Source of the DNA: an uncultured delta proteobacterium
GTDB lineage: Bacteria > Myxococcota_A > Polyangia > Polyangiales > Polyangiaceae
NCBI GenBank assembly: GCA_963696385.1
Contig: CAVOKF010000003.1
Span: forward strand, 384,001-448,000
Reading direction: 5' to 3'
Length of the DNA: 64,000 nucleotides
The translations under genes and the position numbers were made by a program. Position 1 is the stretch's first letter. The number at the start of each line of letters is the position of its first letter. The notes under the pieces are model-generated. The model was not told the DNA's origin. It did not search any database and saw only the letters and a list, made by a program, of their open reading frames with translations. This document shows, in pieces, positions 9,209 through 22,695 of this stretch.

Positions 9209-12200
9209 CGTTTCAGCTCCGTCAGCTTCGCGCGAGCGCGCTCGAGAGCGGGGTCGTTTTCGATCGCCCGCTCGAACATCTGAACCGCCTTCGCTCGATC
9301 TCCCTGTTTTGCGCTGATCTCGCCAAGGTAATAGAAGACCTCGCCCTTCGAGATGCCCGCACTCGGGTCCAGCCGCTGCAAGAGCAGAGCTCGGAACGTT
9401 TTTTGCGCGCGATCGAGGTCATTCGTCTCAAAGGCGAGGACCCCGAGGTCGCGGAGTACGCCGACCGATCCGCGATCGATTTTGAATGCCATGTCGAGCT
9501 GCGCCAGAGCGACGTCCGTATCTCCCAATTGGGCAAGCGCGCGGGCGAGACGATGGTGATAGAGGGCGAGCTCCTTGGTCCGCCGAGTGCCGAACGATGC
9601 GATGACCTTTTCAAGCACCTGCGCGGCCTCTCGACCTCGCTGGGCCGCGTTGTACGCGTCGCAGAGCACCAGCAGCAGCTGCCGATCGTGGGGAACGAGC
9701 TCGGTGGCGCGTTCGAGGATGGGAATCGCTCGCTCGGGGAGGTGAAGCCGCGTGAGATAAATATCCGCCGCCGCTTTGAGCAAATGGACCTGGTCTGCGA
9801 TCGCGGCAGGAACGTTCAGGCCGGGCGACGCGACCGACCCATCCGCGGCGCCCCTGGTGACCGGTTGGGACGCCGCGTGGTCGCTCGGGGAAGGCCGGAC
9901 GAGATCCGCGTCGCCTACGAGCAACTCGGCAAGATCCTGCCATTTACCGGCCTTCTCCCAGCGACTTCGGAGCATCGCGCGGAGGTTCGGGTTGGACGGG
10001 TCGAGTTTGAGCCCACGTTGAAGGGCGTCCTCGACCGCGCCGGCGTCGCCGGTCTTGTCTCGGGCCTCCGCCAGACGCAAGGCCCAGACGACACCGTTTT
10101 GGTCGGTCGCAAGGTCGAGCAGTTTGGAGAGCGCGGATCCTGCCCGCTCCCAATCGGCGCGCCGATCGGCAAGACGAGCCACTGCCTCCAAGGCGAGACG
10201 GTTGTTCGGATCGGTCGCGATGACCCGATCGTAGGACAGTTGCGCGGCCGAAATGTCGCCTAGGCGACGCTCCTGAACCTCCCCCAGGCGCACAAGCAGA
10301 GCCAGCTCCGACGGGGTGTCCTTGCGCTCCCGTGCTGCGTCGAGTTGCGCCTTGAGAAGGTCCGCGAGTTCGCTGTCGCGCGCAGTCAATTCGTACAGCT
10401 GCGAGAGCACGAGCACCGCGTCCTTGTGGGTCGGATCCTCTTCGAGGATCGCTCGGAGCGTTTCGATCGCATCTTCGGGCGCTCGGAAGCGAGAGGCTTG
10501 CAGACGGGCGAGCTCCAGTCGGAGATACGTCCTGTCCGACGTCGTCGTGGCCGCATCGATGAGCCGGAGCAACAGCCTTCCGAGGTCTCGATCCCGGCCC
10601 GCTTGCTCGTAGAGCTGGCGCAGCACCGTTGCGGCCTGGGCGTCGGACGGATCGGCGTCGAGGATCTCCTCGTAGAGCGTCGTCGCCCGACCGATGTCCT
10701 TGATCTTGTCTACCAGCACGCGCGCCGCTTGGTGCTTGAGTGCATGTGCGTCGGAATCCGTCGCCGAGGATCTCCGCTCGCTCGAGGAGCAGTTTGACGA
10801 CTTCAAGGTCGTCGCCGGCCTCTCCCCGGAGTTTGGTGAGTTCCTCAAGAGCCCACAAGTCGCGCTCGTCCTCGGCGATCAGGTCGCGCAACGTCGATTC
10901 CGCCAAGTCGCGATCGCCCACGGGAACCTCCGCGAGCGCCTTGGCCTCGCGGAGCAGGTCGCGCTTGATGGCCACATTGGTCTCCAGATGCGCCCGTGTC
11001 CGGAGCGTATGGACGAGCTCGCGTTCACGCCCTGGCGCGCGGCGAATGTCCTCGACGGCCCGCAATACGTCCAGGTTCTCGGGTTCAATCGCCAGCGCCT
11101 TGGCGTAGGCTTGCTCGGCGAGCTGGGCGTCGCCGAGCCTGTCCGTGCGCCATTGCGCGAGCCTGACCCAAAGCTCCATTCGCGTCGCCGCCGGAAGATC
11201 GTGAGCGCCGTCCAGCGCCGACGCCAGCGTCTCGGCCGCGCGCCCCCACGACGAGTTGGCCGTCGCAAGCCTCTCGAGCTCGCGCAGCGCGTCCTCCTCC
11301 GAAGGATCGCCGGAGACGGCGGCCTCTACGGCGCGCTGAGCACGCGCGCTGTCGCCGACCGTGTCTTCGAGCACACGAGCGAGATCCAAGCCGGCGCTCG
11401 TCCGAGCGCGCGTCGTCTGCGCGCGAGCGATACGCTTTTCGTAGAGCTTGGCGACGTCTTCGACCCGTGCGGTTGCTCGGTATACGACCTCGAGCGTATC
11501 GAACGCGTCATCGAACAGCGTGTCGTCTTGGAGCAGCGACACGACCGCCTCTTGGCTCGGCGCATGTGCAGGGACGCCTTCGAGCGCCTGCCGAAATGTC
11601 GCCAGCGCCTGGGCCTTTTCGCCGAAATCGCGCAGCTGCAGCGAACCCAAGCGGTAGGCGAGGTCTGCCTTGGTCACCGCGCCCGATTCGATCGCAATCC
11701 GTCGCTCGAGCACGTGGGCCAGCCGTTCCGTTTCACCGAGTCGGGTAAATAGCCGGTCCAAGGCGGCGAGCAGGGAGGCGTCGTCTCCCGTCCGCTCCAC
11801 CGCGGCGACGTACGCCTTCGCGGCGCGCTGAGGATCGTCGAGTTTGTCTTCGCTGACCCGACCTAGTCGCACGAACAAGTCGGCAGCGACAATCGCATCG
11901 AAAATCCCGCTCGCACGTTCTTGCAGCGCGTCGGCGTACCTCTGCCAGCCGAGGATCCCGGCACGGTCCGCGAGCCGCTCGATGTCGGCATGAAGCGTCG
12001 AGTCGCTCGGCTCCTCGGCCAGAGCTCGAATGAGCGCGGATTGCGCGCGATCCAGATCGCCCAACGACGACTCGGCCACGACCGCCAGGGCCCGCAACGT
12101 GCCGGCTCGCTCCTCGGGCTCCGTTTGCGCCAGAAGGCGAAGCGAGAGCACCGACGCGACCTCGGCATACCGGCCGGCGGCGCGCAACACCGGCTCGAGT

Positions 12201-15200
12201 GCGTCCGCGGCTTCCATGCGAAGGTCGTCACGCGACTCACCAATTCCACGAATCGCAGCCGCCGATTCTTCATCGAAACCTGCCTCGAGCACACCCCGAT
12301 AACTCTCCAAGGCAGATTGCGGATCTTGCAGCTCGACCGCATAGAGCGCTGCAATGCGCTTCTTGAGCGCACGGCGCGAGGCTTCATCGTTGGCACCGGC
12401 GACCTGCACTTTCAAATTTTCGAGCAGATCGGGCCACAACCGCTCCGCGGTGTAGAGCGCGTCCAAGCGGCGCAATACGTCCGCGTCACCCGGTCGCACG
12501 ACGAGCGCCTCGGTGAGGCACTCGATCGCCGCGCGGCGGTTCACCAAGTCGACCTCGTAACGGCTCGACGCGGTCACCAACAACTGGAACGCCAGGTCTT
12601 CGTCGCCCCCCGCGCAAAGGTCGACTCTACGGCGGTACAGATCGACCAGTCGGGAAGCGTCGTTTCGCTGCTCGTAAAGAGCGATGAGCTCGTCGATAGT
12701 CAGCGTGTTGGCGGGCTCCAACTCCAGCGCACGCTCGTACGCGGCGATCGCACCTTCGGCATCGTCCAACATATCGCGACGGGACTCGCCAATCCGGCGC
12801 CAGGTGGTCGCACGAGACTCGTCGTCGTCAAGAAGCTCCGTCTTCTTCGACAGGACCCGCACCAGCGCTTCCCAGTCGCTCAGCAGCGTCGCGAGCGCAT
12901 CCATCTCCTCGAGCGGCTGCAGATCCGTTTCGTCGAGCGCAAAGAGGCGCTCCCAGGCATCGAGCGCCCGCCGCGGATCGTCGCGACGGCGATCGTGCAA
13001 GTGCGCGAGCGCAGAGAGCAGCTCCCGTTTGGTAAGACCGTCCGCTCTGGCGATGGCGGCCTCGTACGCGAGCGCCAGATCGTCCCACCGGCGCGTCGTG
13101 ATACCGAGACGATCCAGCTGCCCACGCGCGTCGCCGTCCTCCGGACCGAGCGTCCACGCTTCACGGGTCGCATCGAACGCCTTTCGCAAATCGTTGCCTC
13201 GGTGCTCCCAAAGCGAAGCGTTTTCCAACCAGATGCCGATGCGCTCGGCGTCCTCGAACGTAATCGCGAGACGCTCCTCGTTGAGCGCGATCAAACGCCG
13301 CCAGTCGTCCGCACGCTCGTAAATCGGGCGCAAGATCTCGATGGCACGAGCCTTGTGCTGCGGGACGCGCAACAACGACTCGAGTTCGGCCACGGCCTCC
13401 GCGGTGAGCCCGGTATCTTGGGAGGGCGCGAGCTCGACGACAGCCTGTAGCTCGTCGAGTCCCGCGTACGGCTCATCGAGCCTGTGGACGAGCAGTCTCG
13501 CCAGGTCCATTCGAAAACGGGCTTCGTCTTCGGGAAATGCGCTCTGCTCGCCCCGGCGGCGCATCAGCTCGGCGAGCTCACGCCAACGTCCTCCGCGCTC
13601 GTACAGCGCCGACAACGCGTCAAGAACAGCCAGATCGGCGTCATCGACGTCGAGTGCAGCGCGGTAGGTCTCGATAGCGGCGGCCTCGTCATGAAGATCG
13701 GCCTGCTGAATCTGGGCAATCGTCTGCAGCGCTCGCAGCCGCTCCGCCGGATCGTTCTTGTAGTCGAGCGCCTCCCTGTGGAGCCTCACGCGCTCTGCGA
13801 AGCGACTCGCTTCGCGCAGAAGGCGATCGATGGCTGCGAAGCTTTCGGCGTCGGCCTCGGGATCGAACGCGTACGCGCGGCGGTAGAAGACGAGAGCGCG
13901 ATCGATGTCCTTCTGCGCTTCAAAGAGCTCACCCGTGCGCTTGGATAGCCGCGCGGTCGCCGGCTCGTCGGACGTAATCTTCTCGAGCTCGGAGGCGTAG
14001 ACCTCCGCCAGGCGCCCCTGAGCACCGGCCACCCGCGCGAGGCGCTCGAGTTCGACCCACGTGCTCTCGTCGGTCAGTTCTTCGCCGAGCAGCTGTGCGG
14101 TAGTCTCGAGCGCGGACCCGTAGTTCTCCTCCTGCTCTTCGTGCAGCTTCGACAACCTTCGCAGCAGTTGCCGGCGCTCGTACGCATCCTGGCTCACCGC
14201 GAGACGCGCCTCGAGTGTCGCCATCACCCGTCGCCAATCGAGGCGCGCCAGATACACCGGCTCAAGCATCGCGGCCGCCCGCGCGGAGTGCTCGCGTTGA
14301 CTCATCAGCGATTCGAGCGAGGCGACGGTGTGCGGGTGCTTGGGATCGATGTTCAGCGCCAGGGCGTACTCGTCGAAGGCGCGGTCGACGTCCAGCGTGC
14401 CGGTCTCGAGCACCTTGCCGAGAGCGTGGTGCAGCGCCGCCTTTCGCTCGTTCGACAGCCCAGGGGCTCCAATCTGTCGCTCATATAGCGAGACAAGCGA
14501 GCTCCACCGTCCCTCCCTCGCGTAGAGGCGATCGAGCGCCTCGATCGCCTCCGGATCGAGGCCGAGATCGAGAATTTGCTCGTAAACCGCTATGGCCGCG
14601 GGTGCGTCGCCGATCCTTTCGTCCGAGAGGTGCGCCTGCTTGAACAGCAGCCGCCGGCGATCCGCGTCGGTCGCGGCGAGACTCGCGCGACGCTTCACGA
14701 CATCGAGCAGCGCAGCATAGTCACCCGTTTCCTCGTAGAGCGCTTCCAGAGCCGCGAGCGCTCGGCCCTCGTCGCTCTGCAGATCGAGCGCGCGCGAGTA
14801 GTACCGCTTGGCCAGAGCCGTGTCTGCCATCCACTGGCGCGCGAGGTCCGCGATGCGGAGCGTGACTTCGAGCTGCAATCCGCCGTCGACGATGTCCTCC
14901 ACCGCCGACCGCAAAAGCTCGACCAGCTCGGCGTGCTTGTGCGTGGCCGAAGCGAGTCGCTCAGCGCGCTCGATCCATGCTGGAAGGTCCGGTTCGGCCA
15001 CGGCCTCGCGCAATCCCTGCGCGGCATACGAGAGCGCCCGCGCTGGGTCCCCCAGAGGCCCCTCGGCGACACTCACGGCTCGCGCAATGGTCGCCAATTT
15101 CTCGGTGATCGAATCGGCATACTCGGCTTCGATCTCGAGCACGCGGAGAAGTCGATCGTGCAGCCCATCGATCTCGTACAACGGGCGTAAGATCGCAGCG

Positions 15201-18200
15201 GCCTCGCGCCGCGCCGTCGGCTCGTCGAGCAACCCCTCGAGCGCGCTTCGACAACGCGGCTGAGACGGATCGAGCCCGAGGGCGCGGCGATACGCGTCAA
15301 TGGCCGACGTCGTGTCGCCCAGTTTGGATTGTCGCACCTCGCCGAGCCGCGCCAGGAGCACCAACTTGTCCGCTGGCCATTCGGCGAGCGCGAGGTCAGC
15401 CTCGAGCGTTTCGGCGAGATCGGACCAACGCTCGCCTTGCTGGTAAAGGCTCGCAAGCGCGGAGAGGGAGCCGCGATCGGCGCCAAACTCGTCGATCACG
15501 TCCCGGTAGGCTCCGATGGCCTTATCGGCGTCATTCAGCTTGTCTGCAAATGTCGTCGCGATCCGTACTTTAATCTCCCTCCGGGCGCTCTTGCCCTCGG
15601 TCTGCTGCTCGCGGGCGCACAGCACATCGACCAAATCCCGCCAGGCGTGGGTTCGCTCGTAGAGGCGATCGAGTGCAGAAAGCGCCTCCAGATCGGTCGG
15701 GGCCTCGTTCAACCGTGCCCGCCAGGCCTCGATCGCCCCGCGCGCATCGTCGAGCACCGTCTCGCACAGTTCGCCCAGCCGGCCACGAAGTTCGCGACGC
15801 ACTGTGGCGTCGTCTTCGAGCCCGACTTCGGCCCGAAGAATCTCGCAGAGCTGCCGGCTGTCGCCGCGAGCATAGATGCGCTCGAGAGCGCGGCACGCCG
15901 GCAACGCGATGGCCGCGTCGTCGGGCGCCAGCTGCAGAACTTCGCGGTACGTGCCCTCGGCTCTCGCCCCATCGTCGAGAGGGCCTTCGTAGATGCGCGC
16001 GACGTCCATGAGAATGTTCGCGCGCGGCAACGGCGAATGCGACATAGCGGCCGTCGCCGTGAGAACGCCGGCGGCCCGCTCGTGCGCGCCGGTTCGTCGA
16101 GCGATTTCGAGCATGCGCTGCCTGGCCAACGAGTCATCGGGGTCGAGCGGCAACAGGCGAGCGAACGTCTCGAGCGCCCCGACGTCGTCGCGCAACCGCT
16201 CATCGCGCAGCTGAGCCAACCGTCGCAGCAGTCCGCGTCTTTCATCGACGTCCGCCGCGAACTCGAGGTGAATTTCGAGAACGCGGACGAGGTCAGGCAC
16301 TTCGTCGCGGTTGGCATAAACCGCCTCCAGGACCACGGCGGCTCGCGCCCGCAGATCGGGGACGTCGAGGATTTTTTCGACCCACTGGCGCGCCTCGGCA
16401 TTGGCCGGGCGGTCGCGCAGAACGGCCTCCAGGTACGACAGCGCTCCGGCCGGATCGTTCAGACGCGTGTAGAGAAGGGTGCCGAGCCGTTGCTGCACGT
16501 CGAGACGGTCTTCGCCCCTTGCTCGATGCAGTCGTCGCTCGAGGAGCTCGGCCAACCGCGGCCACCTCTGCTCTGCGGCATACAGTGCGTCCAGCGACCG
16601 GATCGCCTGCTCGTGAGCCGGCTCGATCTCGGCGATCCTCTCGTAGTAGCCAATCGCCCTCGGACGGTCTCCGGTGATTTCTTCCGCCACAAGCGCCACT
16701 TCGGCCAAGAGTTCGACGCGGCGAGCGAGATCGGTCGCCGCGGCTATGGCGCGCTCGTACAGATCCCCCAGTTCCGGCCACAGCTCGCGGGTGGTCAGAA
16801 TCTGCTTGAGGCGTTGGAAAGCGCGCTCGTTTCCGGGCTGGCGCGCCAGCATTCTTTCGAGGTACGGACTGGCACGGTCCGTATCGTCGAGCTTCTCATC
16901 GAAGAGCGTCGCGACGCGCTCGGCCAGATCGAGTTCGACGGGCTCGGGCAGCCCCGTCGGACCTTCTGCGGGAACTGCGGCCACGATCGCGTCCACCAGC
17001 GCCTGGATGCGCCCGGTCCTCGCGGCGAGCCCCGCCAGCCGGTCCCACAAAGTCAGGTCCGCGGGAACCTCGTTCGCGGCTCGCGCGACGACGTCGAAAG
17101 CGGCGCCCGGATCGCTCAGTTTGCTTTCATGGACGTCCGCGAGACGGGCGTACAAGGCGAGCCGATCGTCGCGGGCTGCGGTTGTACCGATGAGCACCTC
17201 GAGCACATCGGCTTGCTGGCGGGGCGCACCGGTCTCTTCGTACACCCTCTCGAGGATCGCGGCAGAGCGGGCGCGCGTTTCCGGGATCACGAGCAGCCGT
17301 TCGACTACGGCGATGGCTCGCGGATCGTTCGGACACAGCTTTAGCGCACGCTCACACGCCGCAAGTGCGTCCGCGTTTCGGCGTAACGGATCGAGGTAAA
17401 GCTTTGCGAGTTCGATCTCGCGCGCGGCGCGCTCCGCGCCTTCGCGCTGATTGCGATCGACCTCGATGACCTCGGCCGCTCCCTGAGCGTCGCCTTGACC
17501 GCGGAGCAAGCGCGCGAGGGCCCGCAGCGCGCCGCCGTGATGAGGCAGGATCTGAAGCATTCGGCGGTACAAGACGATGGCCCGCTCCGGCGCCCCGAAC
17601 GCCTCCTCCTCGAGCATCGCCCACTCCGACAAGAGATCGATCTTGAGGGCCGTATTGGCACGCTCGACGCGCACTTCGAAGAGCCAGCGCAAATCGTCAC
17701 GCCGGTCGGATTCGCGCAAAATACGGTCCAGCGTCTGGACCGCAAGATCGTCCCCCTCGTCCTCTTCGACGAGCGATCGATACGTTTCGACGGCCTCGTC
17801 GATGCGCCCCATCTCGCGCGCGTAGACCTCCGCCAGCCTGGCACGGAGGGCTCGCCGTTCCTCGCTTCTCGCGTAGCCGTTGTCTTGGTCCCTCTTCTTT
17901 CTTCTCTTCGATCGCGGGGTACCCGCCGATGCGTCAAACGCCCGAAGGCGCGTCGAGACGGTATCGACGAAACCGGCCCACTCCCCTGCCCCACGCGCCG
18001 CTCGCTCGAAGGCTTCAAGGGCCTCTGGACGATCCGGCGCGAGTTCGTACGCTTGCCGCGCCCAGCCGAAGGCGGTCGCTCGGTCCTGCAGCTTCTCGCC
18101 CGTGACGTGCACCAATTTCTCGAGCCACGCAAGCTTCTGCCCCGTATCCGTCTCGTGCCCAAGGAGCACGGCATACAGAGTGGGCAGCCGTCCCCACTTT

Positions 18201-20600
18201 TCATCCTTCTCGTAAAGCGGCACCAATGCCGCCGCCGCACGCTCGTCGTTCGGTACGACGGACAGCACCCGCTCGTAGGCTCGAAACGCGCGCTCCGCGA
18301 CGTTGAGCTCGTCGACGTAAATCCTCGCGCACCGAAAGCTCAGATCCACCTTCAATGCCGCATCGTTCGTCTTGTCGGCCGCCCCGGACAGGACTTCAGC
18401 AAGCCCCTCCCAGTCGCCATTTTGGGCATACAGGTCCGTCAGCCCATCGTAGTCGCCGATGCCGAGATAGCTGTCGCGGAGCACGCGCAGCGCCTTGGCG
18501 TGCCCGGGCTGGATGGACAGGACGCGCCGCCAGGCGCTCATGGCCATCGGCGGGTCATGGAGGCGGTCGGCGTAAATCGAACCAAGCTTCTGCAGCACGG
18601 CGAGCCGCGTCGCCGGGTCGACCGCAAGCGCCGCCCGCCGCTCCAATGCCTCGGCCACGGTTGCGAAGTCCTTGTCACGCTCCGCCTGTTTCTCGAGCGC
18701 GTCGAGAGCGGCCGCCGATGCGGGCTCCTCTTCCAAAACACGCTTGTAGAGCGCCACCGCTTGCGAGCCGAGGTCGAGGCGCTCGGCCCCGAGCTTCGCC
18801 ATCTCCATCCAACGCTCTCGCCGTTCAGGCCCAGCGGGCATCGCCTCGGCCTGCTCGCGGAGCAGATCGTAGAGCGGCGCGTACGCGCGACGTTTCGCGT
18901 AGAGTTCCCGCAAGCGATCGATCGCTTCACGGTCCTTGGGGTCGAGCGCGTGCAGCTTCTCGTAGGCCTCGATCGCGTTCTGGACGTTGGAGAATTGATC
19001 GAGCCAGCGACGCGCGACCGTCCGCCAAAGTTCGCCCTTTATGGTCGGTTCGAGTTCCAGCTCCGCTTGTCGCGCCTGCGTGGCCAACAGATCGCGCCAC
19101 CGCTGTAAGGCTTCGTAGACGCGCGCGAGCTCGCGCACGCTCACCAGGTCGTTTGGCTCGAGCTGTACGATCTGTGTCAAAACGGTTACGAGCGCGGAGT
19201 CGCTCTTGATGTGGTCGCGATAGATGCCCGCGATCTCGCGCAACACGACGAGACGCCCGGCCGGATCGTCGGACCCGACACGCTCGAGTTCCTGCCGGAG
19301 GAGATCGGTCAGCGCGTTCCAGCTGACGGTCTGACGGTAAAGCCGCTTGAGCGCGTCACGCGCCTCCTTGTTCCGTGGGTCTTGCCGCAAGAGCGAGCGC
19401 CAGTGCTCAATGGCCTTTTGTGCGTTGGACCCCTCCTCCGCGAGCTTGGCCACCTCCGCCACCAGCGACGACCGCTCCGGCCCGTCGGGCAGCGCGCGCT
19501 GCGCGTCCGTCAGGATGGCCGCAAGGCGCGGGGTCTCGCCCCGCGCGGAGCACCAGTCGCGAAAGAACGACAACATGCCCGGGTGAGCCGGATCCAGCTT
19601 GCGTAGCTTCTCGAACCACGGCTCGGCCGCGTCGGGCCGGCCCCGCATCCGCCAGTGGACCATCGCAATCTGCAAGGTCGCGCCGAACTCCTCGTCCCTG
19701 CCGCGGAGCACGCCCGCGGCGAGTTGCTCCTCGTAAAGCGCCACGAGATGCTCCCATCGAGCGGCGGCCGTGAAGTAGTCTGCCAAAAACGTCGCCGCCT
19801 CGGCGTGACCTGGCGCCAGATCCAAGACTCTTTCGTAGGCGACTGCGGCGCGCTCGGGCGCGCGGAGCCTCTTGGCGTACAGACGACCAAGACGAACCCA
19901 CCCGGCGATCTTCTCCTCCTTTTGGGTGGCTTCGGTCGCGAAGCGCTCGAGCGCGCGCGCGAGTTCGTCCCAACGCTGCCCCTCCCTCAAGACCCGCTCG
20001 AGGAGCATCTCGGCACGGCGGTTCTTGGGGTCCAGAATCCAGCGCCTCGCTGAGGATCTGCACGATTCGAGCGTCGGATTGCCCGGCATCGGCGCCATCG
20101 CCTCGTCCAAAGCGATACGTCACCTCGGCCGCACCGACGAGCAATGAGCTTCGGAACATCGCATCGGCGGTGCGAGAGGCCTCCTGAATGTATCGGTCGA
20201 CGAGCTCGCGCCACTTTGCGCGCTTCGCCTGGCCTCGCTCCTTCGCGTCGACGACGTCCGCGTCGTTCGGACGAATCGCGAGCAGACGGTCGTACACCAC
20301 GGTCGCCTTGTCGCCGTCCAGAAGCTCCTCGTCGAGCACCCGCGCGAGCTCGCCGAGCAACTGCCCCTCGCGGGCCGTTCCCCGCGCCGCGTCCACCTCG
20401 ATCTGGAGCAAGCCGGCCACGGCTTCGTACTCGCGGCGCGCTTCGTGCGCGCGTCGCGCAGCTTCCAGCAACTGTGCCAGATCGTCGGTGCTCATACCGG
20501 CGTCGCCGCCCAACTCGGTACGCAGCTCTTTCCACGCTTGGCCGCTCTCCGCGTCCTCTTGCAGCAGACCGAGGGCGCTCTTGATGCTCTTCGCGCTCAT
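9205..20600 (-). CDS. Giant tetratricopeptide-repeat protein (about 3797 aa once two +1 frameshifts are removed), AgmK/GltI-like
   Basis: Continuous TPR pattern (A...Y...L..DP....A...L..LY) across ORFs 19407-20600, 9944-20110 and 9205-10848. Removing one A at 20036/20037 and one at 10755/10756 joins them. Size and composition resemble myxobacterial AgmK/GltI; orthology not proven. Confidence 0.8.
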
Positions 20601-20938
20601 CCATCACCTTGCGGAAATCTCTCGACGGCCCGGCGGCCGAACAATCGGCCGTGAGGCACACCAATGTCGACCGTGGCAGCGAAACCGCGCGAGATCCGGC
20701 GCGGAATTCGTTGCCAGAAGCGCTGCCATGCTACGGACCCCCAACCGCGATAGCAAGGGTCGGCGACGGCTTCGGGCGTTTCAGCGAACGGCCGGGGCAC
20801 GGCGGCCGGCGACGGTCGCCACGAGCTCTGCAGCTTGGCCCACCGTAGCCCCCCTCCGGCTTGTCTGCCCAGAGGCGACCGATTGCATGGACCGTGCGTT
20901 ATCCCCGACGCCCTTTCGTGATACCTCCCCGTACGCGG

Positions 20939-21649
20939 ATGAGCGCGTCCATCGCCGTGTCGCTTCGGAACATTTACGAGACTCTCGCGATCTCCGCCCC
21001 GACCGTGGTGGACGCGGTCCGTGGTCGCGTGTCGAAGGCCGTCTGCGATGAACGCCTCGAGCGGTGGTCGCGCGAGTGCCTGCGCCATGCGCACATCGAG
21101 CTCGACGTTTCGGGGCGGGAACGGATGGCCGTCGGCGAGACGTACCTCGTGATGAGCGACCACCAATCGCTTTACGACATTCCGGTCCTGTTTCAGGTGG
21201 TCGGTCCGAACGTCCGCATGATCACGAAAAAAGAGCTTTTTCGGGTGCCGATCTTCGGGGGAGCGCTCGAAGCCGCCGGCTTCATCGCGATCGACCGCAC
21301 GAACCGGAACGCGGCCATTCGTAGCTTGCAGCGTGCCTCCGACTTGCTGGCGAGCGGAACGCACGTTTGGATCGCGCCCGAAGGAACCCGCAGCCCCACC
21401 GGAGCGCTGCTGCCCTTCAAAAAGGGCGCATTCTACCTTGCTTTAGAGGCGGGACTTGCCATTTTGCCCGTTACGTTGCAAGGCACCCGCCGCGTCCTTC
21501 CCGCCCATGCATTCCGATCGCGCCCGGGTGCCCGAGTCCGCGTGACCATCCATGAACGGGTCGATCCCCGACCGTACGCCGCGCGGGGCAAGCCGGGGCG
21601 CGCCGAGCTCATGGCCCACGTTCGAGCCGTCTTGGAGAGCTCTCTTTGA
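20939..21649 (+). CDS. 1-acyl-sn-glycerol-3-phosphate acyltransferase (PlsC family)
   Basis: HQSLYD (HX4D), KKELF.VP, FIAIDR, PEGTRS, FKKGAF. Confidence 0.9.
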   Translation: MSASIAVSLRNIYETLAISAPTVVDAVRGRVSKAVCDERLERWSRECLRHAHIELDVSGRERMAVGETYLVMSDHQSLYDIPVLFQVVGPNVRMITKKELFRVPIFGGALEAAGFIAIDRTNRNAAIRSLQRASDLLASGTHVWIAPEGTRSPTGALLPFKKGAFYLALEAGLAILPVTLQGTRRVLPAHAFRSRPGARVRVTIHERVDPRPYAARGKPGRAELMAHVRAVLESSL

Positions 21650-22689
21650 GCGCCATGCCCGCCACCTCGCGATGGCCGGCGCCCAGCGCGACCTCGGCTC
21701 CGGGCTCCGGCCTTGCGATTCTCGTCAATGCGAACGCAAAGCGCGGCGGCCGCCGCGTCGCCGTGCAGATCGAACGCGCGCTTCCGGGCGCCAGCGTACG
21801 CCTGACCAAGTCGACCCAGGAAATCGACGCCTGGCTCCGGGTCCTGCCGCCTGTGCGCGGCGTGTTCGCGGCGGGCGGTGACGGTACGGCGATCGCGCTC
21901 GTGAACGCGCTGGCCCGAATCACGCCCGACCCCGTCCCGCTGCCCACCGTCGGCCTGCTGCCTCTCGGAACCGGCAACGGTTGGGCACACGCTCTCGGCG
22001 CTCCGAAGCTTCACCGGTGTCTCGATATCCTGGCGCGATCTCCGGCGGCGCTGCCGACCCACCGGTCGGGCTTGATCGACGTCGAAGGTACGCTCGCTCA
22101 CTTTGCGGGATCCGGTTGGGACGCGATGATCCTCGAAGACTACAAGCTTCAGCTGCAGCGGGTGCGAGGGCCCGGCCGGCGCCTCTCGAAGAGCGTATAC
22201 GGCTACATGTCGGCAGCCTTGCTTCGGACGATTCCCAAAGTGCTCATCCACGGAAACCCCCGTCTGACCATCGAAAACCTGGGTGAGGTCGTCTACGCAT
22301 TCGCACCGGATGGCCGCCCTCACAAGCTTGCCGTCGATCGGGGAGCCATCCTCTACGAGGGTCCCGTCGGCGTGTCGTCGGTCGGCACCTGTCCCGAATT
22401 CGGCTACCGATTCAAGGCCTTTCCGTTTGCCGAGCGGATCCCCGGGTTCATGAATGTCCGCGTGTTCGCCCGCGGCGTCGTCGGAGCGATTGCATCGATC
22501 GGTTCGCTGTGGCGCGGGGCCTATCCGCTGAGCGGCATGTACGACTGGCTCGCGACGCACGTGCGCATGACTTTTTCGCGCCCCATGCCCCTTCAGGTCG
22601 GAGGGGACGCCTGGGGCACCCGACGCGAGGTGGAATACCGAGCCGCGTCGCGCATCATCCGCATGGTCGACTGGCGTCGAATGAGTTAA
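21646..22689 (+). CDS. Diacylglycerol kinase family lipid kinase
   Basis: ILVNANA, AGGDGT, LPLGTGNG, QVGGD. Overlaps the acyltransferase stop (alternative ATG at 21655). Confidence 0.85.
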   Translation: MSAMPATSRWPAPSATSAPGSGLAILVNANAKRGGRRVAVQIERALPGASVRLTKSTQEIDAWLRVLPPVRGVFAAGGDGTAIALVNALARITPDPVPLPTVGLLPLGTGNGWAHALGAPKLHRCLDILARSPAALPTHRSGLIDVEGTLAHFAGSGWDAMILEDYKLQLQRVRGPGRRLSKSVYGYMSAALLRTIPKVLIHGNPRLTIENLGEVVYAFAPDGRPHKLAVDRGAILYEGPVGVSSVGTCPEFGYRFKAFPFAERIPGFMNVRVFARGVVGAIASIGSLWRGAYPLSGMYDWLATHVRMTFSRPMPLQVGGDAWGTRREVEYRAASRIIRMVDWRRMS

Positions 22690-22695
22690 CGCGGT

